64,000 bases of DNA from Bacteroidota bacterium (GTDB taxonomy: Bacteria > Bacteroidota > Bacteroidia > UKL13-3). This document shows, piece after piece, positions 47,489-56,733 of the stretch. The notes below the pieces were generated by a model. It made no database searches, was not told the DNA's origin, and saw nothing but the letters and a program-made list of their open reading frames with translations. The stretch lies in assembly GCA_037141455.1 (NCBI GenBank), contig JBAXCN010000002.1:32641-96640 (forward strand), read 5' to 3'. A program made the position numbers and the translations under genes. Positions within the stretch are counted from its first letter, which is position 1, and the number at the start of each line of letters is the position of its first letter.

Positions 47489-47546
47489 ACTTTTTTCTTT
47501 AGAAGGGCAATTTAATATTGTTTTTTGTAAATAATAATTTTAATAA

Positions 47547-48200
47547 TTACAGTGCTTTTAAACTAGCAATGGTTGCAGTTGGGTTTGAACTCGAGAAAAC
47601 ATAATTACCAGCTACTAATACATCTGCTCCTGCATTTAATAATTTTGGGGCAGTTATTTCATTTACTCCTCCATCAATTTCTATTAAGCAGTTACTGTTT
47701 TTTTGAATGATTAAATTTTTTAAATCACTGCATTTATTGTAGGTATTTTCAATAAATTTTTGTCCGCCAAAGCCAGGATTTACACTCATCATACATACCA
47801 AATCAATAGCTGCAATTACATCTTTTAGCAATTCAATTGGAGTATGCGGATTAATAGCCACACCAGCTTTCATTCCAGCTTCTTTTATAGCACAAATAGT
47901 TCGGTGTAAATGCACACTTGCTTCGTAATGTACTGACAAAATATCGGCACCAGCTTCTTTAAAATCAATTATATATCTTTCCGGTTGCACTATCATTAAA
48001 TGAACATCTATTGTTTTTGAAGTTAGCTTTTGCAAAGCTTTTAATACAGGGAAACCAAACGAAATATTAGGAACAAACACGCCATCCATTACATCAACAT
48101 GAAACCAATCGGCCTCACTTTTATTTATCATTTCTATATCTATTCCTAGTTGAGCAAAGTTTGCTGAAAGTATTGATGGTGCTATAATTTGATTTGGCAT
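47547..48200 (-). CDS. rpe: Ribulose-phosphate 3-epimerase
   Basis: 217-aa TIM barrel with motifs PSILSANF, HVDVMDG and MSVNPGFGGQ. Confidence 0.88.
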   Translation of the reverse strand: MPNQIIAPSILSANFAQLGIDIEMINKSEADWFHVDVMDGVFVPNISFGFPVLKALQKLTSKTIDVHLMIVQPERYIIDFKEAGADILSVHYEASVHLHRTICAIKEAGMKAGVAINPHTPIELLKDVIAAIDLVCMMSVNPGFGGQKFIENTYNKCSDLKNLIIQKNSNCLIEIDGGVNEITAPKLLNAGADVLVAGNYVFSSSNPTATIASLKAL

Positions 48201-48544
48201 AATGCCGCGAATATAAAATTTTAATAATGCTTCAAGTTAAAACAAGTTGGTATTAACAATTATTTTTTATTTTATAACGATACTCAATATTTTTTTTGGT
48301 CGTTTGTATAATTTCTTGTAATTGAATAATAGATATAAATTTGTATTTTAATTGATAAAAAAGTGCAAAGAAAAGAATGTATAATATTTATAATAAGTTG
48401 TTTAAGTTATCGTTTTTTGAATAAATTACTTTTAGTTGTATTTTTCTATTTAAATAGACATTGATTACTAATAATCTTTGTATTGTTAATAACTTTTACA
48501 AACAGTTTATTTATACAAATTAACCCAATTATCTTTAGACTGAA

Positions 48545-48685
48545 GCACTCGCTCGCATCTTCCCTGCAATCGCTCGCATCTTGCGAGTGTGAGTTTAAAA
48601 GGCGTCCCGCCATTTATTTTTAACTTTAAATAATCAGCCAGAGGCTTGACAATACATTCACTCGCAAGATGCGAGCGAATGCGGA
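48545..48685. repeat. GC-rich nested palindromes: perfect 19-bp inverted repeat cgctcgcatcttgcgagtg / cactcgcaagatgcgagcg with ~70-bp spacer, each arm itself a hairpin
   Basis: Seen directly in the sequence. Lies within the 577-bp AT-rich rpe / outer-membrane-protein intergenic region. Confidence 0.7.
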
Positions 48686-48777
48686 ATTTATAACTGATTA
48701 CAGAAATGGCATTTAGCTATAATTGATTGGTGAAACACCAACCATAGGCAAATAGGTAAATTATTTATTTCAATTTT

Positions 48778-49476
48778 TTAGTACCTAAATATAAATATAC
48801 CTAAGCCTAAATTAATATTATAAACTGTTTGATTATAGTTAATTGAGCCAATATTAACCGATTCATTGTTATTATTATCTTTCAATATTAAATCTCTCGG
48901 TTTTGCACTGCTCGAAATATAACTTGCTTCCAAATCAATAAACCATTTATTTTTTATTGGAACATATAAACCAATACTTATACCTGTAATTAAATCTAAA
49001 TCAGAAGTTGATTGAACTATTGTAATAGATTCTATGCTATTTTTTGCATCGATTGATACTGTCCTTGAATATCCAAATCCCATAAATCCTTTAATAAAAA
49101 ATGGGGTTTCAGTGCCTTTAAATAATAAAGAGCCTAAAATTCCATTTGTACTAGAATTTGCAACTACTTTTGCATTATTAGTTGAAAATTGGTTGTTGAA
49201 ACCATTTCTTAAATTTCCATCTTCCATTGGGTTTGTAAAATTAATATAGCTTAAACCAACATAAAAAGTATTTTTAATATGTAGTTCAGAATAAATTTTG
49301 TAATTATTACCTACCGCAGCATAACCATTATTTATATAAGGTCCATATCCGCTAGCAAAACTTCCATTTGGAATTGTCAATCCGGATTGAATTCCTAAAT
49401 GTAGTTTGCCATTTTGCGCATAACTAATGTTGTATTCAAATATACAAATAAAAATTATCAATAAAATTCTCTTCAT
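48778..49476 (-). CDS. Outer-membrane beta-barrel protein (porin/OmpA-like small barrel)
   Basis: Signal peptide, amphipathic beta-strand periodicity and an aromatic C-terminal residue. 232 aa. Confidence 0.55.
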   Translation of the reverse strand: MKRILLIIFICIFEYNISYAQNGKLHLGIQSGLTIPNGSFASGYGPYINNGYAAVGNNYKIYSELHIKNTFYVGLSYINFTNPMEDGNLRNGFNNQFSTNNAKVVANSSTNGILGSLLFKGTETPFFIKGFMGFGYSRTVSIDAKNSIESITIVQSTSDLDLITGISIGLYVPIKNKWFIDLEASYISSSAKPRDLILKDNNNNESVNIGSINYNQTVYNINLGLGIFIFRY

Positions 49477-49567
49477 TTTTTAAGTTTAAATAAATTCAAA
49501 TATAAAGTTTTAAAAAAAACGGTATGTTAAATAAAAAATTATTTTTGAAAAATACAATAATACTAAA

Positions 49568-50461
49568 ATGCATTTAAAAACTAATAGCACTATAGCCATT
49601 ACTGCTACTGCAAGGCATATTGATAATGAAAGTATTCAAAATGCTATTGAAATATTTGAAAGTTGGGGGCTTAAAGTTGTATTAAGTAAATATTTATTTA
49701 ATAAACAAAATGCATTTGCTGGAACAGACCAAGAGAGAACTTTGGGCTTACAAGAACTGCTTGATGATGATGATATTGATGCCATTATAATAGCCCGAGG
49801 TGGATATGGAACTGTAAGAATAATTGATAATTTAGATTTCACCAATTTTATAAAAAAACCAAAAATAATTGCAGGTTTTAGCGATGTAACAGTTTTGCAC
49901 GCACATATTAATAATTTTAATATAAAAACATTACACAGTTGTATGCCAATTACCATGCAAGGCAATTATTTTAATGAAAATACTATTGAAAGTTTAAAAA
50001 ATGCGCTTTTTGGAAATGAAATAAATTACCAATTTAAACAACACGAATTAAATAAATGTAAAGAAGTATCTGGAATTTTAGTTGGTGGTAATTTATCGGT
50101 TTTGTATAGTTTATTGGGAAGCAAAAGCGATTTAAACTTTGATAATAAAATATTGTTTATAGAAGACATTGGCGAATATTATTACCACATTGATAGAATG
50201 ATGATAGCACTAAAACGTGCTGGTAAGCTATCAAATTTAAAAGCACTGGTAGTTGGCGGAATGAACAATATGAACGAAAATGATAATCCATTTGCTTTTA
50301 ATAAATCTTGTTATCAAATTATTAAAGAAACTGTTAATGATTATAATTATCCCGTTTTTTTTAATTTCCCAGCCGGACACGAAAATCTAAATTTGTCCGT
50401 TTGGTTTATGAAAGAATGTAATATTTCGTTTAATGATGATTTCGTTTATTTTAAACAGTAG
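49568..50461 (+). CDS. ldcA: LD-carboxypeptidase (peptidase S66, LdcA-like)
   Basis: GFSDVTVLH nucleophile motif and the C-terminal E/H catalytic region. 297 aa. Confidence 0.8.
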   Translation: MHLKTNSTIAITATARHIDNESIQNAIEIFESWGLKVVLSKYLFNKQNAFAGTDQERTLGLQELLDDDDIDAIIIARGGYGTVRIIDNLDFTNFIKKPKIIAGFSDVTVLHAHINNFNIKTLHSCMPITMQGNYFNENTIESLKNALFGNEINYQFKQHELNKCKEVSGILVGGNLSVLYSLLGSKSDLNFDNKILFIEDIGEYYYHIDRMMIALKRAGKLSNLKALVVGGMNNMNENDNPFAFNKSCYQIIKETVNDYNYPVFFNFPAGHENLNLSVWFMKECNISFNDDFVYFKQ

Positions 50462-50469
50462 CTTTTGGC

Positions 50470-50635
50470 TATTGGCAACTGGCAACTAGCTTCTGGCAAC
50501 TAGCTTAAAATATGAAAAAATTCAAAATTCTATGTTATCCTGAGTGAAGTCAAAGGACAAAATTCATAATTCAACATTCATAATTCATAATTCAAAATTC
50601 AACATACATAATTCAAAAATCCATACCTTGCACCC
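50470..50635. repeat. Intergenic micro-repeats: ggcaactggcaactagc x3, a gttatcctgagtgaagtcaaagga motif, and attcataattca tandem units
   Basis: Direct repetition is visible. The motif is related to the one at the anmK 3' end. Confidence 0.6.
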
Positions 50636-50636
50636 A

Positions 50637-53600
50637 ATGAAAAAGATAATATTTTCTGTGCTTTTATACTTTGTATCAAATTCCATTTTATTGGCACAAC
50701 GACCAACAAGTTTTTCTTACGATCCCAACGTATTTATTACCGAATTTGAAAGCTTTATAAGAAGTGGAAAGAGCGATGCAAAAGAGGAAGCTGAAAATTT
50801 TGCAGCAAGCTATAATACTGGTAAATTTAGCTTGCCACAAAAACAACAAATGGTAAAACTATGTAATGAAATGTTGCAAAAACAAATGCAGCCCAACTAC
50901 GAGTTTTATTATTATATGCAAACCATTAACGCTTTAGTTGAAAACAATCAATTATCAAAATTCGATAATTGGCACAAAACTTTAATTGGTTCATTAAAAA
51001 AAAATAAAGATGAATTTACAAGGTTTTTAAATGTGTCGAAAAATGTTTTTGCCGAGAATATAATGCTTAAAATGGGTACATCAACATGGGTTTGTAAAGC
51101 TGCCGATGTAGATTTAAAAATGGAAGGACAAGCAACTTTTATTTTTAAAAACTTAGATTTATTTTGTTATACAGGCGATGATACTTTAGAAGTATTTAAA
51201 ACAAATGGTAAATATTATGCTGGCACTAACCAATTTATAGGTAAAGGTGGGAAAGCCGATTGGAGCAGAGTAGGATTAGATACTGCAAGAACTTTTGTAA
51301 AATTAAATAATTATACTATTGATTTAAGCAATGGATTAATGGTGGCTGATAGTGCAATGCTTACTTATAAAGATAGATTTAAGGAGCAAGTAATGGGTAA
51401 GTTTACTGATAAACCTTTAGGGAGTAATCAAGGTGTTAAATCTATTTATCCGCAGTTTGAAAGTACCACTCAGGAGTTTTCGGGAATAACTTATGGAAAA
51501 GCCAAATACAAAGGTGGCTTTGGTTTAAAAGGGGCTTTGGTTATTGGTAAAAGTTCGGGCAATAAAAAAGCGGAATTGTATTTTTATTTTAAAAACAAAC
51601 CAGTTTTGCGCATAGCCAGCGATGAGTTTTTTATGCGTGATAATAAAATTACAAACGACAAAGTAGAGTTAACTATTTTTTTGGATAAAGATTCTGTTTT
51701 TCACCCACAAATGCGTTTTACCTATTTAATAAAAGAAGATAAAATAAGTTTATACCGCGATACTAAATTAGGAATAAGCGCAGCTCCTTTAGTCGATTAT
51801 TTTCATAATTTAGAAATATATGTAGATGAAATTAAATGGGATATTAATAATCCTAAAATAGATTTTAAGAACATAGCGGGCGATGATCCTGCAAAGTTTC
51901 AATCAATTAATTATTTTAGAGATTTAATTTACGAACGCTTGCAAGGTGTTTTGGCGTATAATCCTTTGCAGCGCATAAAAACATATTGCGAAAAATACGA
52001 CATTACAACTTTTAATATCGAATCGTATGCTACCTATTTTAAAAGCGATTTAAGCGATATTAAAATAATGATGATTGACCTAAACGACAGAGGATTTTTA
52101 AACTACAACGAAGCGCAAAAAACTATAACTATTAAGAAAAAACTTAAAGAATATGTAAATGCTCACATGGGAAAAACTGATTATGATGCTATTAACATTA
52201 AATCGGTAATAAGCGCTATACCTAATGCTGCTTTAAGTTTAATAAACAACGATTTAATAATACAAGGTGTAGGTAGGTTTAAATTTAGCGATTCGCAAAA
52301 TGTAGAAGTAACACCAAGGGAGCAAGTATTAACTATAAAAAAGAATAGAGGTGTTGATTTTAATGGAAAATTAAGAGCAGGCATGGCCGATTTTTATGGA
52401 AGCAATTTTTCGTTCGATTATACTAAATTTAATGTTCGATTAAATAATGTTGACTCACTTAAGTTTTTATATTACGATGATACTTTGGGTTATTTAGCAA
52501 ACGTAAAAAGTGTAATTCAAAATATTTATGGAACACTCGAAATAGATCATCCATATAATAAAAGCAGTAGAAAAAACTTTCCTGGATATCCTAAATTTAC
52601 GAGTGAAGTAGGTTCAAAAGTATTTTACGATTACCCAACTACTCAAAAAGGAAATTATGTTCAAGATAGGTTTTACTTTGCTGTAGATCCATTTCAGTTA
52701 GATAGTTTAAGCGATTTAAATTTATATACTTTGGCATTGCCAGGAACTTTAATTAGCGATGGTATTTTGCCTGATATGAAACAAGAAATTTATTTACAGC
52801 CCGACAAATCACTTGGTTTTTATGTACCAAACGATATTAATTATAGTTACACACTATATAAGGGTAAAGGTTCAGCTAACTTTGCTTTACGCTTAAGCAA
52901 CGATGGATTAATTGGTGATGGAGAATTGACTTACTTAGCTTCAAAATCGAGAAGTAATCGTTTTAACTTATTGCTCGATAGTATGAATGCCGATTGCGAA
53001 TCATTTAAAAACGATAGAACAGCATTATTTCCTACTGTAATTAACTCATCAAATGTATATAATCATTGGGTTCCTTACCAAGATACTATGTTTATTTTTA
53101 ATAAAGGTGAACCAATAAAAATTGCTTACGAAAAAGCTGAATTAAGAGGGATTTTAATATTAACCCCTCAAGCAATGAAGGCCAAAGGAAGTATGACTAT
53201 TGAAGATGGTGAGTTGATAGCTGATATGTACGAACTTAGACCAGTTGAAATTTTAAGTGAAAATGCAATTTTTCGTCAACGTTGGCCAGGCGACACATCA
53301 AAAATAGCTTTTGTTACCAAAAAGGTAAATGCTTATGTAAATTTAGAAAAACGTTATGGAGAATTTACTTATTTAAATCCAAATGAAATAAATAACGAAT
53401 TTGCATATAATTTATATGAAGGAAGTTTTGAAAAAATGAGGTGGGAAATGGAACCAAGAACAATGGAATTTACTGGTAAAACCATTGAGCAAAATCCTAC
53501 CCAAGCTAGTTATTTAGTATCAAAAAGGCAAAGCCAAGATAATTTAACTTTCAAAACGGCAAGTGTAAAATTGGGTTTAGGCGATTATATTTTAAAGGCA

Positions 53601-55016
53601 TCGAAAGTGCCATTTATTAATGTTGTTGACAGTAAAATTTTGCCTGACAGCGGTAAAGTATATATTGGAAAAGATGCCGAAATGAACGAGCTATTAAATG
53701 CAAAAATTAATGCAGATACCATTACTAATTTTCATAAAATAGAACAAGCAACAGTTAAAATTAATAGTAGAACAGATTTAAGAGGACAAGGAAACTATAT
53801 TTATTTAGATAAAAATAAAAAACCTCAACGTTTTTATTTAAATGAAATATATGCTGAGGATAAAAAATACTTAGGTGGAAAATCGAATATTCCTGATTCA
53901 ATTAATTTTAATGCAGGGCCAAAATTAGCATTTAGAGGAAATGCTTTGCTACATTCATTTAACCGAAATTTGGAGTATAATGGATTTTTTAAGCCACTGC
54001 ATAATTTATTTTTACCAAAAACCGATTGGTTTAAATCGGCAGCAGTTATAAATCCCGATACTGTTTACATTGATTTGTTGCCACCTTTAACCAATTTAAA
54101 CAGGCAACCAGTTTATTGTGGTTTTAATTTAAGTGCCGATTCAACGCATGTTTATCCTTCTATGTTTTCTAGAAAAAGGTCAACTACCGATATAGAACTT
54201 TTAAAAGTGGAAGGCACATTTGCCTACAACGAAAAATTCGATGAATTTAGAGTGGGTCCATATAAAAAAGTATTTGGACAAATTGCTAAAAAAGGTAATT
54301 TTATGGCAGTAAACGAAACCAAAAAAGCTATTTATGGGGAAGGTAGATTCAACTTTGGTTTTGATATTCCTAAATTTAAAATGCCAATTGCGGGTTCATG
54401 TAGCTTTGGATTAGAAGACACCATTTTTACTATGAATTTGGCAATGATTTTAGATTTTGAATTACCTGCCGATGCATTGAAATTAATGGTTGATTCTATT
54501 ACTGACCAATCAAACACCAATTCGAATGATTTTATTAATAAAGATATATTAAATATTGCAATACCCGAATTTGTTGATGATAAAGTACTAAAGAAACTTA
54601 GTGACGATGCAACCGATGATTTAAATGGAAAATTACTGAACGATTTGTTTAAAACATTTTTTATTACTGAAATAAAGTTAAAATGGGATCAGCCCACCAG
54701 AACATTTATTAATGATGGAGTAATGGGTGTGAGAAGTATTGATAAATATTTAATTGAACGTAAATTGCAAGCTAGGGTACAAATTACAAAATCGAGAACT
54801 AAAGAAGAGCTAGTAATTTATATGCAACAAAATAATGGAACATGGTATTATTTAAAATATTCAAAAGGCAATATGGGCATATTAAGTAGCGATATTACCT
54901 TTAACGAAGCCATTAAAAAAGGAGCAGATAAAGTAAGTGGTGATGGCTATACACTTCGTTTGGCTAGTGTGAGCGATAGGAATAAACTTTTAAGAGCAAT
55001 AAAAGCAAGGCAATAA
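50637..55016 (+). CDS. Very large (~1460 aa) exported hypothetical protein
   Basis: Cleavable signal peptide MKKIIFSVLLYFVSNSILLAQ. The ORF in the six-frame track starts upstream at 50544, but that region is a repeat and lacks a signal peptide. No recognisable catalytic motif. Confidence 0.6.
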   Translation: MKKIIFSVLLYFVSNSILLAQRPTSFSYDPNVFITEFESFIRSGKSDAKEEAENFAASYNTGKFSLPQKQQMVKLCNEMLQKQMQPNYEFYYYMQTINALVENNQLSKFDNWHKTLIGSLKKNKDEFTRFLNVSKNVFAENIMLKMGTSTWVCKAADVDLKMEGQATFIFKNLDLFCYTGDDTLEVFKTNGKYYAGTNQFIGKGGKADWSRVGLDTARTFVKLNNYTIDLSNGLMVADSAMLTYKDRFKEQVMGKFTDKPLGSNQGVKSIYPQFESTTQEFSGITYGKAKYKGGFGLKGALVIGKSSGNKKAELYFYFKNKPVLRIASDEFFMRDNKITNDKVELTIFLDKDSVFHPQMRFTYLIKEDKISLYRDTKLGISAAPLVDYFHNLEIYVDEIKWDINNPKIDFKNIAGDDPAKFQSINYFRDLIYERLQGVLAYNPLQRIKTYCEKYDITTFNIESYATYFKSDLSDIKIMMIDLNDRGFLNYNEAQKTITIKKKLKEYVNAHMGKTDYDAINIKSVISAIPNAALSLINNDLIIQGVGRFKFSDSQNVEVTPREQVLTIKKNRGVDFNGKLRAGMADFYGSNFSFDYTKFNVRLNNVDSLKFLYYDDTLGYLANVKSVIQNIYGTLEIDHPYNKSSRKNFPGYPKFTSEVGSKVFYDYPTTQKGNYVQDRFYFAVDPFQLDSLSDLNLYTLALPGTLISDGILPDMKQEIYLQPDKSLGFYVPNDINYSYTLYKGKGSANFALRLSNDGLIGDGELTYLASKSRSNRFNLLLDSMNADCESFKNDRTALFPTVINSSNVYNHWVPYQDTMFIFNKGEPIKIAYEKAELRGILILTPQAMKAKGSMTIEDGELIADMYELRPVEILSENAIFRQRWPGDTSKIAFVTKKVNAYVNLEKRYGEFTYLNPNEINNEFAYNLYEGSFEKMRWEMEPRTMEFTGKTIEQNPTQASYLVSKRQSQDNLTFKTASVKLGLGDYILKASKVPFINVVDSKILPDSGKVYIGKDAEMNELLNAKINADTITNFHKIEQATVKINSRTDLRGQGNYIYLDKNKKPQRFYLNEIYAEDKKYLGGKSNIPDSINFNAGPKLAFRGNALLHSFNRNLEYNGFFKPLHNLFLPKTDWFKSAAVINPDTVYIDLLPPLTNLNRQPVYCGFNLSADSTHVYPSMFSRKRSTTDIELLKVEGTFAYNEKFDEFRVGPYKKVFGQIAKKGNFMAVNETKKAIYGEGRFNFGFDIPKFKMPIAGSCSFGLEDTIFTMNLAMILDFELPADALKLMVDSITDQSNTNSNDFINKDILNIAIPEFVDDKVLKKLSDDATDDLNGKLLNDLFKTFFITEIKLKWDQPTRTFINDGVMGVRSIDKYLIERKLQARVQITKSRTKEELVIYMQQNNGTWYYLKYSKGNMGILSSDITFNEAIKKGADKVSGDGYTLRLASVSDRNKLLRAIKARQ

Positions 55017-55066
55017 TTTTTTTAATAATTATAATTTTGTAATCTTGAAACATTAATTTTTTTTTA

Positions 55067-55678
55067 ATGGTTGTAGCTATATTAATTTTAACGGCCTATA
55101 TATTGGGTTCTATTCCTACTGCAGTTTGGTACGGAAAACGCTTTTTTAAAATAGATGTAAGAGAGCATGGAAGTGGAAATGCCGGTGCAACAAATACGTT
55201 GAGAGTATTAGGAAATAAAGCTGGATTTATTGTGCTTTTTATTGATTTGTTAAAAGGATTTATTGCAACTAATTTAGCTTATTTTTCAAATTTTGATATT
55301 GATACTCAAGTTTTTTTTAACCTACAAATGCTTTTAGGTGTTACGGCTGTTGTTGGTCATGTTTTTCCAGTGTTTGCAAATTTTAAAGGTGGAAAAGGAA
55401 TAGCAACTATTTTGGGTTTGGCTATAGCTTTAAATTGGAAAATTGCTACAATTTGTATTTTGTTTTTTGTTTTAATTGTATGGATATCAAGATTTATTTC
55501 TGTTGGAAGTATGATTACTGCTATTATTGGTGCGGTGCTATCATTTTATTTTTATCAAAATAATATTATTGCAAATGCTTTTTTTTGTAGCATAGCTGTT
55601 ATGGTACTTTACACCCACCGATCAAATATAATTAGGTTAAAAAACGGTAACGAAAACAGATTTTCATTTAAAAAGTAA
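55067..55678 (+). CDS. plsY: Glycerol-3-phosphate acyltransferase PlsY
   Basis: GSIPTAVWYGKRF...HGSGNAGATN signature. 203 aa. Confidence 0.9.
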   Translation: MVVAILILTAYILGSIPTAVWYGKRFFKIDVREHGSGNAGATNTLRVLGNKAGFIVLFIDLLKGFIATNLAYFSNFDIDTQVFFNLQMLLGVTAVVGHVFPVFANFKGGKGIATILGLAIALNWKIATICILFFVLIVWISRFISVGSMITAIIGAVLSFYFYQNNIIANAFFCSIAVMVLYTHRSNIIRLKNGNENRFSFKK

Positions 55679-55695
55679 ATTATAAATATTATTAA

Positions 55696-55965
55696 ATGCA
55701 AACAGAAAAAGAATTAGAAGTAGATGTACTTGATGAAATAGAAAATGGATTAAAAGTAGTTTTATACAACGATGATGTAAATACTTTTGATTGGGTAATA
55801 GAATGTTTATGCGAAATATGTGAACACGAACTTATACAAGCAGAACAGTGTGCTTTATTAGTGCATTACAAAGGCAAAGCATTAGTAAAAAAAGGAGAAG
55901 AAGAAAAACTAAAAAGTATTTGTCAAGCATTGTGCGATAGAGGACTTTCGGCTGTTGTTGAGTAG
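55696..55965 (+). CDS. clpS: ATP-dependent Clp protease adaptor ClpS
   Basis: 89 aa with the ClpS core (VVLYNDDVNTFDWVIECL). Confidence 0.8.
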   Translation: MQTEKELEVDVLDEIENGLKVVLYNDDVNTFDWVIECLCEICEHELIQAEQCALLVHYKGKALVKKGEEEKLKSICQALCDRGLSAVVE

Positions 55966-56033
55966 AATTATGAGTTATGAAAGAATTTTAATCTAAATAA
56001 TTTAGAATTCGAAAAATTAAAAATAAAAAAAAT

Positions 56034-56732
56034 ATGTTACAAAAAGTAGTAGCTAATGCCGAAGAGGCAATAAAAGATTTAAATGATGGAGCAGTGGTTA
56101 TGCTTGGTGGGTTTGGCCTTTGCGGTATTCCTGAAAACGCTATTAATGCTTTGGTAAAAAAAGGAGTTAAAAACCTTACTTGTATTAGTAATAATGCAGG
56201 GGTTGATGATTTTGGAATAGGCTTACTGCTTAAAACTCGTCAGGTAAAAAAAATGATTTCGAGTTATGTAGGTGAAAATGCAGAGTTTGAACGCCAATTA
56301 TTAAGTGGCGAATTGGAAGTAGAATTAATTCCACAAGGCACTTTAGCCTCACGTTGTATGGCAACAGGCTATGGCATGCCAGCTATATTTACACCAGCAG
56401 GTGTTGGAACTGAAGTAGCTATTGGCAAAGAAACTCGCGAGTTTGATGGCAAAACTTATTTACTAGAACATGCATTTAAAAGCGATTACGCTATTGTAAA
56501 AGCTTGGAAAGGCGATGCACACGGAAATTTAGTTTTTAGAGCTACTTCTCGTAATTTTAATCCATTAATGGCTATGGCTGGTAAAATTACCATTGCTGAA
56601 GTAGAAGAATTAGTTGCTGTTGGCGAACTTGAGCCCGATGCAATTCATACTCCAGGAATATATGTTAACCGAATTTTTAAAGGTACTGATTACGAAAAAC
56701 GAATTGAACAATTAACAGTTACAAAAAGATAG
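56034..56732 (+). CDS. scoA: 3-oxoacid CoA-transferase subunit A (ScoA/AtoD-type)
   Basis: 232 aa. N-terminal [10 protein letters not shown] and the SENG-like region are conserved. No B subunit follows. Confidence 0.85.
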   Translation: MLQKVVANAEEAIKDLNDGAVVMLGGFGLCGIPENAINALVKKGVKNLTCISNNAGVDDFGIGLLLKTRQVKKMISSYVGENAEFERQLLSGELEVELIPQGTLASRCMATGYGMPAIFTPAGVGTEVAIGKETREFDGKTYLLEHAFKSDYAIVKAWKGDAHGNLVFRATSRNFNPLMAMAGKITIAEVEELVAVGELEPDAIHTPGIYVNRIFKGTDYEKRIEQLTVTKR

Positions 56733-56733
56733 T

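Noticed and set aside
50544-50636. Upstream extension of the large ORF (MKSKDKIHNSTFIIHNSKFNIHNSK...)
   Set aside because: It is encoded by attcataattca micro-repeats and lacks a signal peptide. The internal Met at about 50637 gives a canonical signal peptide.
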